A stretch of 64,000 nt of DNA from a virus (Duplodnaviria > Caudoviricetes). Position 1 is the stretch's first letter. Every line of letters begins with the position of its first letter. A model generated the notes under the pieces. That model did no database searches. It had not been told where the DNA came from and saw nothing but the letters and a program-made list of their open reading frames with translations. The DNA lies in the IMG/VR virus record IMGVR_UViG_2934336660_000001, positions 38,900-102,899 of that record; one strand, 5' to 3'. A program made the position numbers and the translations under genes. Below, one piece after another: positions 1 through 8,500 of this stretch.

Positions 1-1
1 C

Positions 2-1894
2 ATCGAGAAGGGTCAGCGCACCGGCAAGCGGATCCAGGCCATCACCCGCCGGGCCCAGCGCGCCGCGCTCACCGCCGGGGAGACCGGCCTGTGGGCGACC
101 GCGCTGGCCGCCACCGATATCAACACCTGGGCGGGGCGCATCGTCGCCGCCGCGGGCATGGTCCGCTGGGCGTTCAGCATGCGCTCGTGGTGGGCCGCCA
201 CCGACGCCCGACGTGCGCCGGCCCCGCCCCCCGCCCCGGTGACCGTGGACGTGACCGCGGCGGAACAGCCGGTGGATGCCCCCGACCCGCTGCGCCTGCG
301 CGCCATCACCACCTGGGCGATGCTCATCGGCCTCACCGGCGGGCCCCTCGCTGGCACCGAACTGGTCCACTACCAGCAACTGCCCGCGTGTGAGGTCGGC
401 GCGGCCACCCGCACCCGGCTGCCGAATTGGACGGCGAAGGTCGTCGCGAAGGTCCCCGGGTCCATCAACATGCGCGAGTCGCGACCGAACCTGCTCGGCC
501 GCATCGCCGCCGCCTACGGGTGCACCTACGCCGACGTGTCGTTCAGCGCCGACGAGTCGGACCTGTCCATCGGGTGGCTGCGGGTGCAGCCGGACAACCC
601 GCTCGCCGAGACGAAGATTTGGCCCGGCCCGAAGGTCGCCAGCGACTGGCGTAACGGCCGGTCCCGGGTCGGCCGCTTCAACGACGGCCGCGACATCTGG
701 TACCAGTGGTGGACGAAGACGGGCGCGATCCACGACCTGATCTCCGGGTGCACCGGCTCCGGCAAGTCCGAGCTTGTCGCGCAACTGCTGCTAGCGTCCC
801 TGCACTCCGAGGGTCAGGTCATCGACTGGGTGGGTGACCCGCAGGGCGGGCAGTCCTACGGGCAGTTGAAGGACGCCGTCGACTGGTTCGCCCGCGACAC
901 CTCCGAGATCCGGTTGATGCTGCTCGCGGCGCTCAAGGAGATGCTGCGCCGCAACGACGAGTTGTCCGAGAACAACATCAAGACGTGGCGTCCCAGCCTG
1001 GACATGCCGCTGCTGGTCATCACCCTCGACGAGGTCCAGTCGATCATCGAAGACCCGATCATCCTGGAGCTGGTGGAGAAGCTGGTCGGGATGGGCCGCA
1101 AGTGCGGCATCAAGATGCGGCTGATCACGCAAATCCCGGCGGCGTACAACCTGGGCGGTTCCACGTACATCAAGGAGCAGTTGAAGGCCGGACAGACGCT
1201 GATCTTCCGGGCGATGACCGATGTTGCCGGCCGCTCCGCCGTCGACAGTGACTGCCCCGTGGACCCGACAGAGTTGCCGTCGGTGTGGGGTGCGAACACC
1301 TGCGCCGGTGGGGACACCACCGCCGGGTTGATGTTCGTGCAGGGCGTCAACGGCCGTGACGTGTACGGGCGCGCCGACTACACCGGCGACGACATGGGTG
1401 TGTGGCTGGTCGACGGTGAGGGCCAGTCGACGTTGACGCCGGGGGTGTTCGGCCCGGAGGCGCAGCAGGAATCGGGTGTGCTGTGGGGTGACCGTAAGGA
1501 ACGCGCCCGGCGGCTACTCGCGGCTGGCCGGTCGGACGCGGATCTGCTGTCGGGTGGGAAGGCCATCGAGCTGTTGGAGGCGGCGGCGGTCACGCAGGCC
1601 ACCCCGGCGGCGCAGCGTCCCCCAGAGCAGCCATCACCGGCCGCGCAGAAAACCGCCCGGGTGTCCCGTGACGTGGTGTTGGAGGCGGCGCGGAAGGCCG
1701 CCAACGATCGAGGTGTGGTCACGAGGGATCAGTTGATCGCGGAGCTTGCCTCGATGGTCGAGCCGATGAAGGACGGCACCCGCGACAAGGCGCTCACCGA
1801 CCTGATGGCTGACGGCAAACTCCGCCGGGTCAAGAACGGCTTGTATGAGGTTCCGGGTGTCGCGGCGACCCTGTTCGACGGGGCGACCAACTGA
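2..1894 (+). CDS. FtsK/SpoIIIE (TraB-like) DNA translocase, 5'-truncated by the window edge
   Basis: Frame is open from base 2. Walker A GCTGSGKS, Walker B LVITLDE, 'GRKCGI..RLITQ' motif and C-terminal winged-helix-like segment (RDKALTDLMADGKLRRVKNGLY). Confidence 0.85.
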   Translation: MEKGQRTGKRIQAITRRAQRAALTAGETGLWATALAATDINTWAGRIVAAAGMVRWAFSMRSWWAATDARRAPAPPPAPVTVDVTAAEQPVDAPDPLRLRAITTWAMLIGLTGGPLAGTELVHYQQLPACEVGAATRTRLPNWTAKVVAKVPGSINMRESRPNLLGRIAAAYGCTYADVSFSADESDLSIGWLRVQPDNPLAETKIWPGPKVASDWRNGRSRVGRFNDGRDIWYQWWTKTGAIHDLISGCTGSGKSELVAQLLLASLHSEGQVIDWVGDPQGGQSYGQLKDAVDWFARDTSEIRLMLLAALKEMLRRNDELSENNIKTWRPSLDMPLLVITLDEVQSIIEDPIILELVEKLVGMGRKCGIKMRLITQIPAAYNLGGSTYIKEQLKAGQTLIFRAMTDVAGRSAVDSDCPVDPTELPSVWGANTCAGGDTTAGLMFVQGVNGRDVYGRADYTGDDMGVWLVDGEGQSTLTPGVFGPEAQQESGVLWGDRKERARRLLAAGRSDADLLSGGKAIELLEAAAVTQATPAAQRPPEQPSPAAQKTARVSRDVVLEAARKAANDRGVVTRDQLIAELASMVEPMKDGTRDKALTDLMADGKLRRVKNGLYEVPGVAATLFDGATN

Positions 1895-2631
1895 TGACCG
1901 CGCAGCGTCAAACCCGCGTGCCCCGTCGGCGCCCGCCTGCGGGTGAGCGCCGCAAACGCGCCGTGTACGGGATTATGACCCTCGACGTGGACGCCCGCGG
2001 CATTCCGATCCCGGGCGCCGCCCCGGTGGTCGGATACATCGGCCAGTCGCGGCAGACGGTGTGGCAGCGGGAGCAGCAGCACCGCGATGAGCAGCCGTTC
2101 TCCGATTTGATCGTCGGCGGTTCGTGGACGATCGAAGAGGGCTGGTGGACGCAGCAGCAGTTGGATGAGCGGGAGCAGCACTACATCCGCCGGGGGGTGT
2201 CTCTGCTGCCCGGCCAGGAGGCGCAACGCCCGAAGTACAACATTGACTGCAATCGGGAAAACCGGGACCGGATCAAGCCGTGGGATGCGGTGGCGCACCG
2301 GCAGGCGCGTGAGCCGGGCTGGGTGAAGCCGGCGAAGGGCTCGTTCGTTTCCCGGCAGCGCACGTACGGTCCGCCGCAGAATATGGCTCGGGCGGTGCGA
2401 CGCCGGCCCCGGTTTCGGTGGACGCGTCGCCGGATCCGTGCGGCTGTGCTGACTGGTGTTTGGTTGGTCCTGTTCGCCGGGTTTTGGTGGGCTGGCTGGG
2501 ATGTGTGGCACGGCTGGGATGGGCCCCGCAACGCGGCAATTGGTACCACTGTGGTGATGGCGTCTGCGGCTGCCGCATGGCAGTGGGCGTCGAAGCCGCA
2601 GCGCCGCCGCCGCCGCAGGTCCCGCCGGTGA
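1894..2631 (+). CDS. GIY-YIG nuclease-domain protein with two C-terminal transmembrane helices
   Basis: AVYG..GYIGQS..R..QH..E..YI..PKYN motif order. Hydrophobic AAVLTGVWLVLFAGFWWAGW and AAIGTTVVMASAAAAWQW. TGATG overlap with the FtsK gene. Confidence 0.7.
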   Translation: MTAQRQTRVPRRRPPAGERRKRAVYGIMTLDVDARGIPIPGAAPVVGYIGQSRQTVWQREQQHRDEQPFSDLIVGGSWTIEEGWWTQQQLDEREQHYIRRGVSLLPGQEAQRPKYNIDCNRENRDRIKPWDAVAHRQAREPGWVKPAKGSFVSRQRTYGPPQNMARAVRRRPRFRWTRRRIRAAVLTGVWLVLFAGFWWAGWDVWHGWDGPRNAAIGTTVVMASAAAAWQWASKPQRRRRRRSRR

Positions 2632-2876
2632 GTACCTGGCGGTGGGAAGCGTTCGATTCATCCGGCACGGCCATGATCGCCGACACCCTTACCGACCCGT
2701 TCGCGGAAACACCTACTGAGGCCGCCGACCTGGGCATGGCCCGGTTGCTGATCCGGGTTGAGCCGGATTACGGGCAGTTGCGGGGGTGGCGTGTGCGGGC
2801 GTGGGCTGATGGTTGTGGTGAGGCGTGGGCGGACGCGGACGAGTGGTTGCAGGTTGCTGAGGGTTCCCGCCGTTAG
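2628..2876 (+). CDS. hypothetical protein
   Basis: GTGA overlap with the upstream gene; 82 aa (STWRWEAFDSSG...). Confidence 0.6.
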   Translation: MSTWRWEAFDSSGTAMIADTLTDPFAETPTEAADLGMARLLIRVEPDYGQLRGWRVRAWADGCGEAWADADEWLQVAEGSRR

Positions 2877-3062
2877 CCTGCTGGTGCGCGACCGCATCCG
2901 TTGACTGCTGGTGTGACGTGGGTGTTCACCCGGCACCTTGGCCCGTTTAAGCGGGTGTTGTGGGGGCGGCTCGGTCTGGCGGAGGCGGCGCAGCAATCGG
3001 CGGCACTCGACCGGCTGCGCGGGTAGGGCAGGACACGCCAGGACTGAGTCCTGCATAGGTGC

Positions 3063-3099
3063 TTTACATCTGACCCCCCAACTCGTATAGTTGCTATAC
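3063..3099 (+). promoter_or_regulatory. sigma70/HrdB-type promoter with overlapping palindrome
   Basis: TTTACA(3063)-17bp-TATAGT(3086). GTATAG-ttg-CTATAC inverted repeat at 3085-3099. Confidence 0.6.
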
Positions 3100-3120
3100 A
3101 GGCAACCGAGGGGGGCGACG

Positions 3121-3378
3121 ATGGACACCACAACCTACCAAGCCGGCGACGAAATCGACATCAACGGCACCACGATCATCCTCGGCACCCGCAAAGGCAA
3201 CACCGGGATCCGCTGGAACTGGTACGCCCCCGAGTCCGACGAAGCGGGCGTCATCTACCACCCAACCCCCGACGCGGCCATCGACGAAGCCTGCCGCTCC
3301 CTCGCCAAGCGTTGCACCTGTGGTGCTGTGGCCGAAATGGTCAGCTCCACGCGCCCCGTCTGCGCCAACTGCATCTGA
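3121..3378 (+). CDS. hypothetical protein with C-terminal Cys motif
   Basis: RBS GAGGGGG; CxC..CxxC; coding-like codon usage. Confidence 0.65.
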   Translation: MDTTTYQAGDEIDINGTTIILGTRKGNTGIRWNWYAPESDEAGVIYHPTPDAAIDEACRSLAKRCTCGAVAEMVSSTRPVCANCI

Positions 3379-3391
3379 CAGAGAGCCCGTC

Positions 3392-3583
3392 ATGCCCCAA
3401 ACCTGCATCCAAGATTGCCTCCCGCACGGCCGGATGTGCGAACTCGACGCCGACCACACCGACGACCACGAGTGCGTCGACTGTCCCGGACAGCAACGGG
3501 CGCGGTGGCGGGAGGCTATCGACGCTCGTGTTGCCGCACACCGGGCCGCCGAGATGGTCGAGTCAACCCCCGACGTCGACTGA
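3392..3583 (+). CDS. small Cys/His-rich hypothetical protein
   Basis: 63 aa ORF in operon. Confidence 0.55.
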   Translation: MPQTCIQDCLPHGRMCELDADHTDDHECVDCPGQQRARWREAIDARVAAHRAAEMVESTPDVD

Positions 3584-3597
3584 CAGGACGCGACACG

Positions 3598-4026
3598 ATG
3601 GAACTTACGAACGCGCAGCAGCAAGCTCTACTGACCCGGGCAGTCGACGCCGTTAAGGCCCGGTTCGACGTCGGCCCCAGCACCGATCCGGACGAGGTGT
3701 CGCGGCGTATCGAGGTGGCGACCCTCGCCGTCACCGACGCCGTCACCCGCGGCGGATGGCTGCACAGCCAGATTGCCATCCTGTCCGGGGTTACCGGGCT
3801 GCGGGTCATCGGACTCATCTCCGACTGGTCGGCGCAGGCCCAAGCGCTGGGGCGGGAACGGCACAACGCGAAGGTGTACGCCGATCAGGTGAGGGAGGCT
3901 GCCGCGGCCCACGCCCGGCAGCGGGTTGGCGCCCAGGGCTATGGGGCCAAGTCGCAGATCGCGCGGGAGATCGGCGTGACCCGGCCCGTGGTGGACGCGT
4001 GGATTGGGCAGGCGCAGGGGGGGTGA
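3598..4026 (+). CDS. HTH-containing protein
   Basis: C-terminal KSQIAREIGVTRPVVDAWI helix-turn-helix. Confidence 0.65.
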   Translation: MELTNAQQQALLTRAVDAVKARFDVGPSTDPDEVSRRIEVATLAVTDAVTRGGWLHSQIAILSGVTGLRVIGLISDWSAQAQALGRERHNAKVYADQVREAAAAHARQRVGAQGYGAKSQIAREIGVTRPVVDAWIGQAQGG

Positions 4027-4032
4027 CATCTG

Positions 4033-4404
4033 ATGGACAAGCTGGCCCGGCTGCGCCACTACACGGCCGTCTACTACGCGCACGCCACCCAACACCGCAC
4101 CTCACGTGCTGCCCGCGAGTGGATGGAGGCTGAAGTGCCTGCCGCCGAAGCGGCCCGGTGGGCGAACGCCGGCTACCTGCCCGCCGAGGCGGAGCCGCTG
4201 ATCGCCGACGGTGTCACCCCGGAAACTGCCACCGAGATGGACCAGCTCGCCGACGACCTCGCGGGTGGCCCCGAAGCGCGGGCCATGCAGGTCATTGACG
4301 CCATGGTTGCCGACGGCACGCTCGTTGATCCGGCGCGGGTGCGGCAGGTTCAAGACCCTGACGACCCAACGCACACGATTGTGTGGATCTCGCCGGACGC
4401 GTAG
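4033..4404 (+). CDS. hypothetical protein
   Basis: RBS GGGGTG; 123 aa; strong GC3 bias. Confidence 0.65.
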   Translation: MDKLARLRHYTAVYYAHATQHRTSRAAREWMEAEVPAAEAARWANAGYLPAEAEPLIADGVTPETATEMDQLADDLAGGPEARAMQVIDAMVADGTLVDPARVRQVQDPDDPTHTIVWISPDA

Positions 4405-4522
4405 GTGGAGAAACCCCGACGGAGCAGCGAGGCTGCGGCCGTGATGCCGGGTAGCGTTAACTTCGGCGGGCCGTCGGGGTAGAGGCCGACTGCCCGCCCC
4501 CGACCTCTACCGGGAGCCTCCA

Positions 4523-5776
4523 ATGACAGGCAAAACACCCGCCAAGCAGACCATCGGCGAGAAACTGAAGCGTCACCGCAAAGCCAACCGGCTCACCCAA
4601 GAGCAGTTGGCCGAACGCGCGGACCTCAGCATCGAGATCGTGCGGAAGCTGGAACAGAACGTGCGCCGCTCGACCAGCCTCGCCACCCTCCATGCGCTCG
4701 CCCGCGCCCTCAACGTGCCCACCACGGCCCTCATGGGTGACGCCGCTGAGGCCGCCGCCCGCGCCGAACCGGACCACCGGCCACTGTCGCTGGCCGCTAT
4801 CCGCCGCGTCGTCGCCCCGGTGCGTGGACTCAACGGCACGCTGCTGACCCTGCCGGCCGGCGATCCGCCCACCCTTGACGTCCTCACCGGACGCCTACGC
4901 GCCGTTGACCGCACCTACCAGCGCAACAACTACGCCGAGGCGCTGTCAGTGTTGCCGCCGCTGCTCGCCGACGTTCGCGCCGCCGTCGACATCGCCAACG
5001 ACCGGGACCGGCCGGACGCGTACGCGCTGCTGGCCCGCACCCAACACCTGACCGGGAACCTGCTCATCCAACTGCGCGCAGGTGACCTCGCGCAGACCGC
5101 GCTAACCGGGGCGCTTGACGCCGCCCGCCAGTGCGGCAATGAGGACGTCGCCGCCACCGTCGTCCAGGGCATGTGTTGGCTGCTGATGCGGCAGGGTCGG
5201 CTGGCCGAGGCCGCCGAACTTGCCACGGCTACGGCCGATCAGGTGGAGCCGCGGTTTTCCCGGGCCACCCCGACGCAGTTGGCGGCGTGGGGGTGGCTAC
5301 TGGTGGCGGGTGCCGCCGCATACGCCCGCGACAATCAGCCGGGTGTCGCAGCGGACCTGGTCGACGCGGCGCAGGCCGCGGCCGTACGGATCGGCGAGCG
5401 CGCACCGGAGCCCGGACATCTGATGATGGTGGGCGGGTTCGACTCGGGGCGCGTGCAGATGGCCCGGGTGGAGAACGCCGCGGTGGCTGGCGACCCTGGG
5501 CGCGTGTTGGATTTGGCGCGGCTGGTACCGGCGGGGCCAACGCCGGTGGGGTCGAGTTGGCAGCGCCACCGGCTAGATGTGGCGTGGGCGCACGCGCAGC
5601 GCCGCGAGCATGGCGACGCCACCGCTGTGCTGGTGGAGTTGCGGCACCTTGCGCCGGCATGGTTGCGGCAGCAGCGGTACGCGCGGGAAATCGTGAACGT
5701 CATTTCTGATGGGCGTCGGCGGGCGATGACAGAGGATCTGGCGGATCTGGCGTCGGTGGTCGGCTACACACCCTGA
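4523..5776 (+). CDS. XRE-family HTH regulator with helical (TPR-like) C-terminal domain
   Basis: IGEKLKRHRKANRLTQEQLAERADLSIEIVRKLEQN; long Ala/Leu helical C-terminus typical of actinomycete XRE proteins. Confidence 0.85.
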   Translation: MTGKTPAKQTIGEKLKRHRKANRLTQEQLAERADLSIEIVRKLEQNVRRSTSLATLHALARALNVPTTALMGDAAEAAARAEPDHRPLSLAAIRRVVAPVRGLNGTLLTLPAGDPPTLDVLTGRLRAVDRTYQRNNYAEALSVLPPLLADVRAAVDIANDRDRPDAYALLARTQHLTGNLLIQLRAGDLAQTALTGALDAARQCGNEDVAATVVQGMCWLLMRQGRLAEAAELATATADQVEPRFSRATPTQLAAWGWLLVAGAAAYARDNQPGVAADLVDAAQAAAVRIGERAPEPGHLMMVGGFDSGRVQMARVENAAVAGDPGRVLDLARLVPAGPTPVGSSWQRHRLDVAWAHAQRREHGDATAVLVELRHLAPAWLRQQRYAREIVNVISDGRRRAMTEDLADLASVVGYTP

Positions 5777-6088
5777 GGTCGCACACGGTGTACCAGTTTG
5801 GTTGCTGACGGTGGCTAGCGGTACGTGGGGTACCTCCCGTTTGCCCAGCTCATCGGCCACGCTCAACATGTCAGTACATGTTGGCTGACCGAATGGCGCA
5901 GCGGCCCGTGGCCGGGTTTGGCGGGGGCTGTTGTTGCCGACCTTTTCGGTGTGGCGGCTGGTTGGACCCCCAGCCTGACCGGCCGCCACCCACCCCGATC
6001 GCAATGGGGGTTCATGTGGACGTGTGGCGTTGGCACAACGGTCGGACGGCACGAGACACCCAAGCTGACGCATTCTCAGGCGGCGACC

Positions 6089-6349
6089 GTGACCACTGAC
6101 CTGAATGTGCCCGCCGGCACTGACCTGGTGTTGCTGGCCGGTGAGTGGTTCCCCGAGCCGACCGTCCCTGCCGACCGCGGTGAGATCGTCACCGTTGTTG
6201 CCGTGTACCAGCGGGAAATCGGCGGCCGGGTGTGGGTGCGCGGTCACGTGTGTAAACGTGCCGACCCCCCGGACTGTGGCACCGGGTCCTGCTTCGAGCA
6301 TCAGGTGCTCACGTCGGCGATCCGGGCGAATGTGGCAGGTGCCCGATGA
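6089..6349 (+). CDS. hypothetical protein (start uncertain)
   Basis: ORF coupled by ATGA to the next gene. Confidence 0.55.
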   Translation: MTTDLNVPAGTDLVLLAGEWFPEPTVPADRGEIVTVVAVYQREIGGRVWVRGHVCKRADPPDCGTGSCFEHQVLTSAIRANVAGAR

Positions 6350-6552
6350 GCCGCATGGATGAGCCCACCACCCCCGCGTTCGTCTCGCAGATCGCCCAGC
6401 AGGTGATCGGCAGCCACGAGCAGGGTCAGCAGTGCCAGCGTTGCACCGACGCAGGGTGTGATCAGGTGGATTGGGCGCGGATGATGCTGCGCGACCTGGC
6501 TGCGGCCACCACGGCGGAGCAGCGGTTGGCGATAGCGGACGGCACTGGTTGA
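6346..6552 (+). CDS. small hypothetical protein (H..CxxC..C)
   Basis: 68 aa, followed by a terminator. Confidence 0.6.
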   Translation: MSRMDEPTTPAFVSQIAQQVIGSHEQGQQCQRCTDAGCDQVDWARMMLRDLAAATTAEQRLAIADGTG

Positions 6553-6567
6553 GCGTTGCTCGCACCC

Positions 6568-6615
6568 GACAGGACCGGCCTCACCCGATGCGGGGTGAGG
6601 CCGGTCCTGTCTTTT
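6568..6615 (+). terminator. intrinsic terminator
   Basis: 19-bp perfect stem GACAGGACCGGCCTCACCC/GGGTGAGGCCGGTCCTGTC followed by TTTT, between convergent genes. Confidence 0.85.
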
Positions 6616-6639
6616 GTGGCGGTGCCGGAAAGCGCATTC

Positions 6640-6912
6640 CTAGCTGTCAGGGGTCGGCCGCTTCTTGGTGCCACCCGAGACGCCTCGGGCGATCTGGGAG
6701 GCGCGTGCCGGGTGCAGCCCCAGCTCCTCGCCTACCTGGTCCCAGGTGCGCCCCTGCTTCAGCTCGGTGACAGCAGCGGCGCGCTCGGCGGCGATGAAGC
6801 GTTGCAGGTCGGGGATGGCGTCGAGGGCGGCGGACAGCGCTTTGGCCCGGTCGGCGGGGTCGGTGAGGGTGAGCGCCTGGGGCAGTGCGGCGATGGGGTC
6901 GGGGAGCGTCAT
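6640..6912 (-). CDS. small HTH DNA-binding protein, probably leaderless
   Basis: RTWDQVGEELGLHPARASQIARG; TAACCT lies 6 nt before the ATG. Confidence 0.75.
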   Translation of the reverse strand: MTLPDPIAALPQALTLTDPADRAKALSAALDAIPDLQRFIAAERAAAVTELKQGRTWDQVGEELGLHPARASQIARGVSGGTKKRPTPDS

Positions 6913-6921
6913 GGTTCGAGG

Positions 6922-6987
6922 TTAGTGGGTCCCCCTCGATAAATCTAGTGGGTACCCCTTGCATCTCTAGTGGGTACCCACTAGGCT
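6922..6987. promoter_or_regulatory. divergent promoter region with three operator copies
   Basis: Perfect palindrome CTAGTGGGTACCCACTAG at 6967-6984, partial copies at 6945 and 6922. TTGCAT(6959)-17-TAGGCT(6982). Confidence 0.75.
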
Positions 6988-7019
6988 ATAGATACAAGCC
7001 AGCGAGCAGGGGAGACGAC

Positions 7020-7163
7020 ATGGACCGCATCGAGGCGAAGACCCGGGAGATCATGGCGATGGACCCGAAGATCAGCCCCACCCGCGCCAAGATCCAGGCC
7101 ATGAAGGTCGTCGGCGATGACCAGCGCGCCGAGTACCACCGCCAGGTGATGGACGCCAACTGA
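7020..7163 (+). CDS. small hypothetical protein (47 aa)
   Basis: RBS GGGGAG; downstream of a promoter; MDRIEAKTREIMAMDPK... Confidence 0.65.
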   Translation: MDRIEAKTREIMAMDPKISPTRAKIQAMKVVGDDQRAEYHRQVMDAN

Positions 7164-7170
7164 CCCCCAG

Positions 7171-7221
7171 ACGCACGAAAGCGCCCCGCCCAGCCGAAAG
7201 GCCAGGTGGGGCGCAGTGCGT
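7171..7221. terminator. hairpin between convergent genes
   Basis: ACGCAC..GCGCCCCGCC / GGTGGGGCGC..GTGCGT. Confidence 0.55.
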
Positions 7222-7231
7222 TGCGGGCGGG

Positions 7232-7594
7232 TCAGCCCGTGATGGCCGGCGCCTTGGAGCGGATGCCGTTGTCGGACGCCGCCGGGGCCGCCGCCACACC
7301 GAGCGCCTGCCCCGCCGTGAGAACCAGCAGGATCCACTCGTTGCCGTCCAGGCCGCCGAGGATCAGCGTCGCGGCCACCTGGAGCACGGCGAGCAGCGTG
7401 TTCACGGCGGTCTTACTCCACCGGTACTGCGGGGCGAGCGGCACGAGGTAGGTGCCGGCGGCACCCGTCACGGCGATGGCGACGGCCACCCACTCGGTCC
7501 CGTCGATCGAGTTGTCGCCGGACACCGACACGTAGACGACAATCAGGCCAGCGAAGAACGTCGAGGCCAGGGCCTTGCCGTAGGTCTGGAACAT
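7232..7594 (-). CDS. holin-like membrane protein (about 4 TM)
   Basis: Internal two-fold repeat of K(A/T)..TM-DGxEW-TM; last gene of the lysis cassette. Confidence 0.7.
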   Translation of the reverse strand: MFQTYGKALASTFFAGLIVVYVSVSGDNSIDGTEWVAVAIAVTGAAGTYLVPLAPQYRWSKTAVNTLLAVLQVAATLILGGLDGNEWILLVLTAGQALGVAAAPAASDNGIRSKAPAITG

Positions 7595-7615
7595 CGGGGC
7601 TCCTAGGGTGTGGTC

Positions 7616-7822
7616 GTGGTGCGTGGTGGATACGCCCGGCAGCCGGACGGCTCACGGGCATGGCAGGAATGGCGGCCGGACGCCTGCCCGAACGGGCACA
7701 CGCGGCTGGGTGCGGCGACGTGGGCGTGCCGGGTGTGCACCTGGCCCACCCGGGCGTGGCCGTGCCTGGAGGGCGACTGCCGGGAGGTGGTCTGGGATCC
7801 CGACCACGTCCACGGGGAGTAG
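7616..7822 (+). CDS. small zinc-finger-like protein, counter-oriented in the lysis cassette
   Basis: CPNGH..CRVC..C..C; TAGGGT 6 nt before the GTG. Confidence 0.55.
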   Translation: MVRGGYARQPDGSRAWQEWRPDACPNGHTRLGAATWACRVCTWPTRAWPCLEGDCREVVWDPDHVHGE

Positions 7823-7823
7823 G

Positions 7824-8165
7824 TCAGCCGCAGCGCTGCGACGGCGGCGCCGGCAGCGGGTTCGCCCGCCGCGTCTCGTTCGCCTTCTCCCGCGACTCGT
7901 TGTACGTCCGCAGCGCGTCGATCCCGGCCCGGGGCTGCTCACCGATCGACCGGAACAGCACGTCTTGGGCCTGCCGGTCCTGCTCTGCCGCCGCGTACCG
8001 GGCGGCCTGGGAGCGGTTGTTGGCCTCGTTGTAGTCGGCTAGGCACTGCGTGAGCTGGCGTTGCTGCACACCGATGTACACCGACAACAGCAACGCCACC
8101 ACGGCCACCACCTTGACGGCCATGTCAGCCGCGGACGAGTTCAGGGCGCGTACCACCGGGGTCAC
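7824..8165 (-). CDS. lysis-cassette membrane protein (1 TM plus helical domain)
   Basis: VVAVVALLLSVYIGV; position downstream of the endolysin. Confidence 0.7.
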   Translation of the reverse strand: MTPVVRALNSSAADMAVKVVAVVALLLSVYIGVQQRQLTQCLADYNEANNRSQAARYAAAEQDRQAQDVLFRSIGEQPRAGIDALRTYNESREKANETRRANPLPAPPSQRCG

Positions 8166-8263
8166 CGGTCATCACCGCCGATCTTGTTGAGCAGGGGACG
8201 CAGCGCCAAGCCGAGGCCGCCGGCCACCGCCAAGGACAGCAGGACTTGCAGGCCATAGCTCAC
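8162..8263 (-). CDS. 33-aa single-TM peptide
   Basis: MSYGLQVLLSLAVAGGLGLALRPLLNKIGGDDR; GTGA overlaps with both neighbours. Not in the ORF track. Confidence 0.65.
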   Translation of the reverse strand: MSYGLQVLLSLAVAGGLGLALRPLLNKIGGDDR

Positions 8264-8472
8264 GAGGTTGTCTCCTCAACGGGGGTGGGCGGGGAAGGGT
8301 CCTGCGCACCGCGCCGGCCCAGAGCGGGCGGGGCCAGGGCCAGGACCAGGAAGGCGGGTACGCCGAGCAGCGCGGCGTCGGGCAGCTTCCCCTGGGCGAG
8401 GTAGGCGATGACCACACCGACCCAGGTACCCAGCCCGACGAGCATCACCAGGTTGCGGAGCCACGTCGACAT
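8260..8472 (-). CDS. 2-TM holin-like membrane protein
   Basis: Two hydrophobic segments; RBS GGGGAG; directly after the endolysin. Confidence 0.7.
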   Translation of the reverse strand: MSTWLRNLVMLVGLGTWVGVVIAYLAQGKLPDAALLGVPAFLVLALAPPALGRRGAQDPSPPTPVEETTS

Positions 8473-8500
8473 GCTGCTCCCCGTCGATCGTCGTGATGAT

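Noticed and set aside
1-3100. TraB clt-type 8-bp repeat array
   Set aside because: No convincing direct-repeat array was seen downstream of the FtsK gene; it could lie outside the window.
6922-6984. CRISPR-like repeats
   Set aside because: Only three short copies with very short gaps and no cas genes. The pattern fits operators; the same applies to 10301-10352 and 40846-40907.
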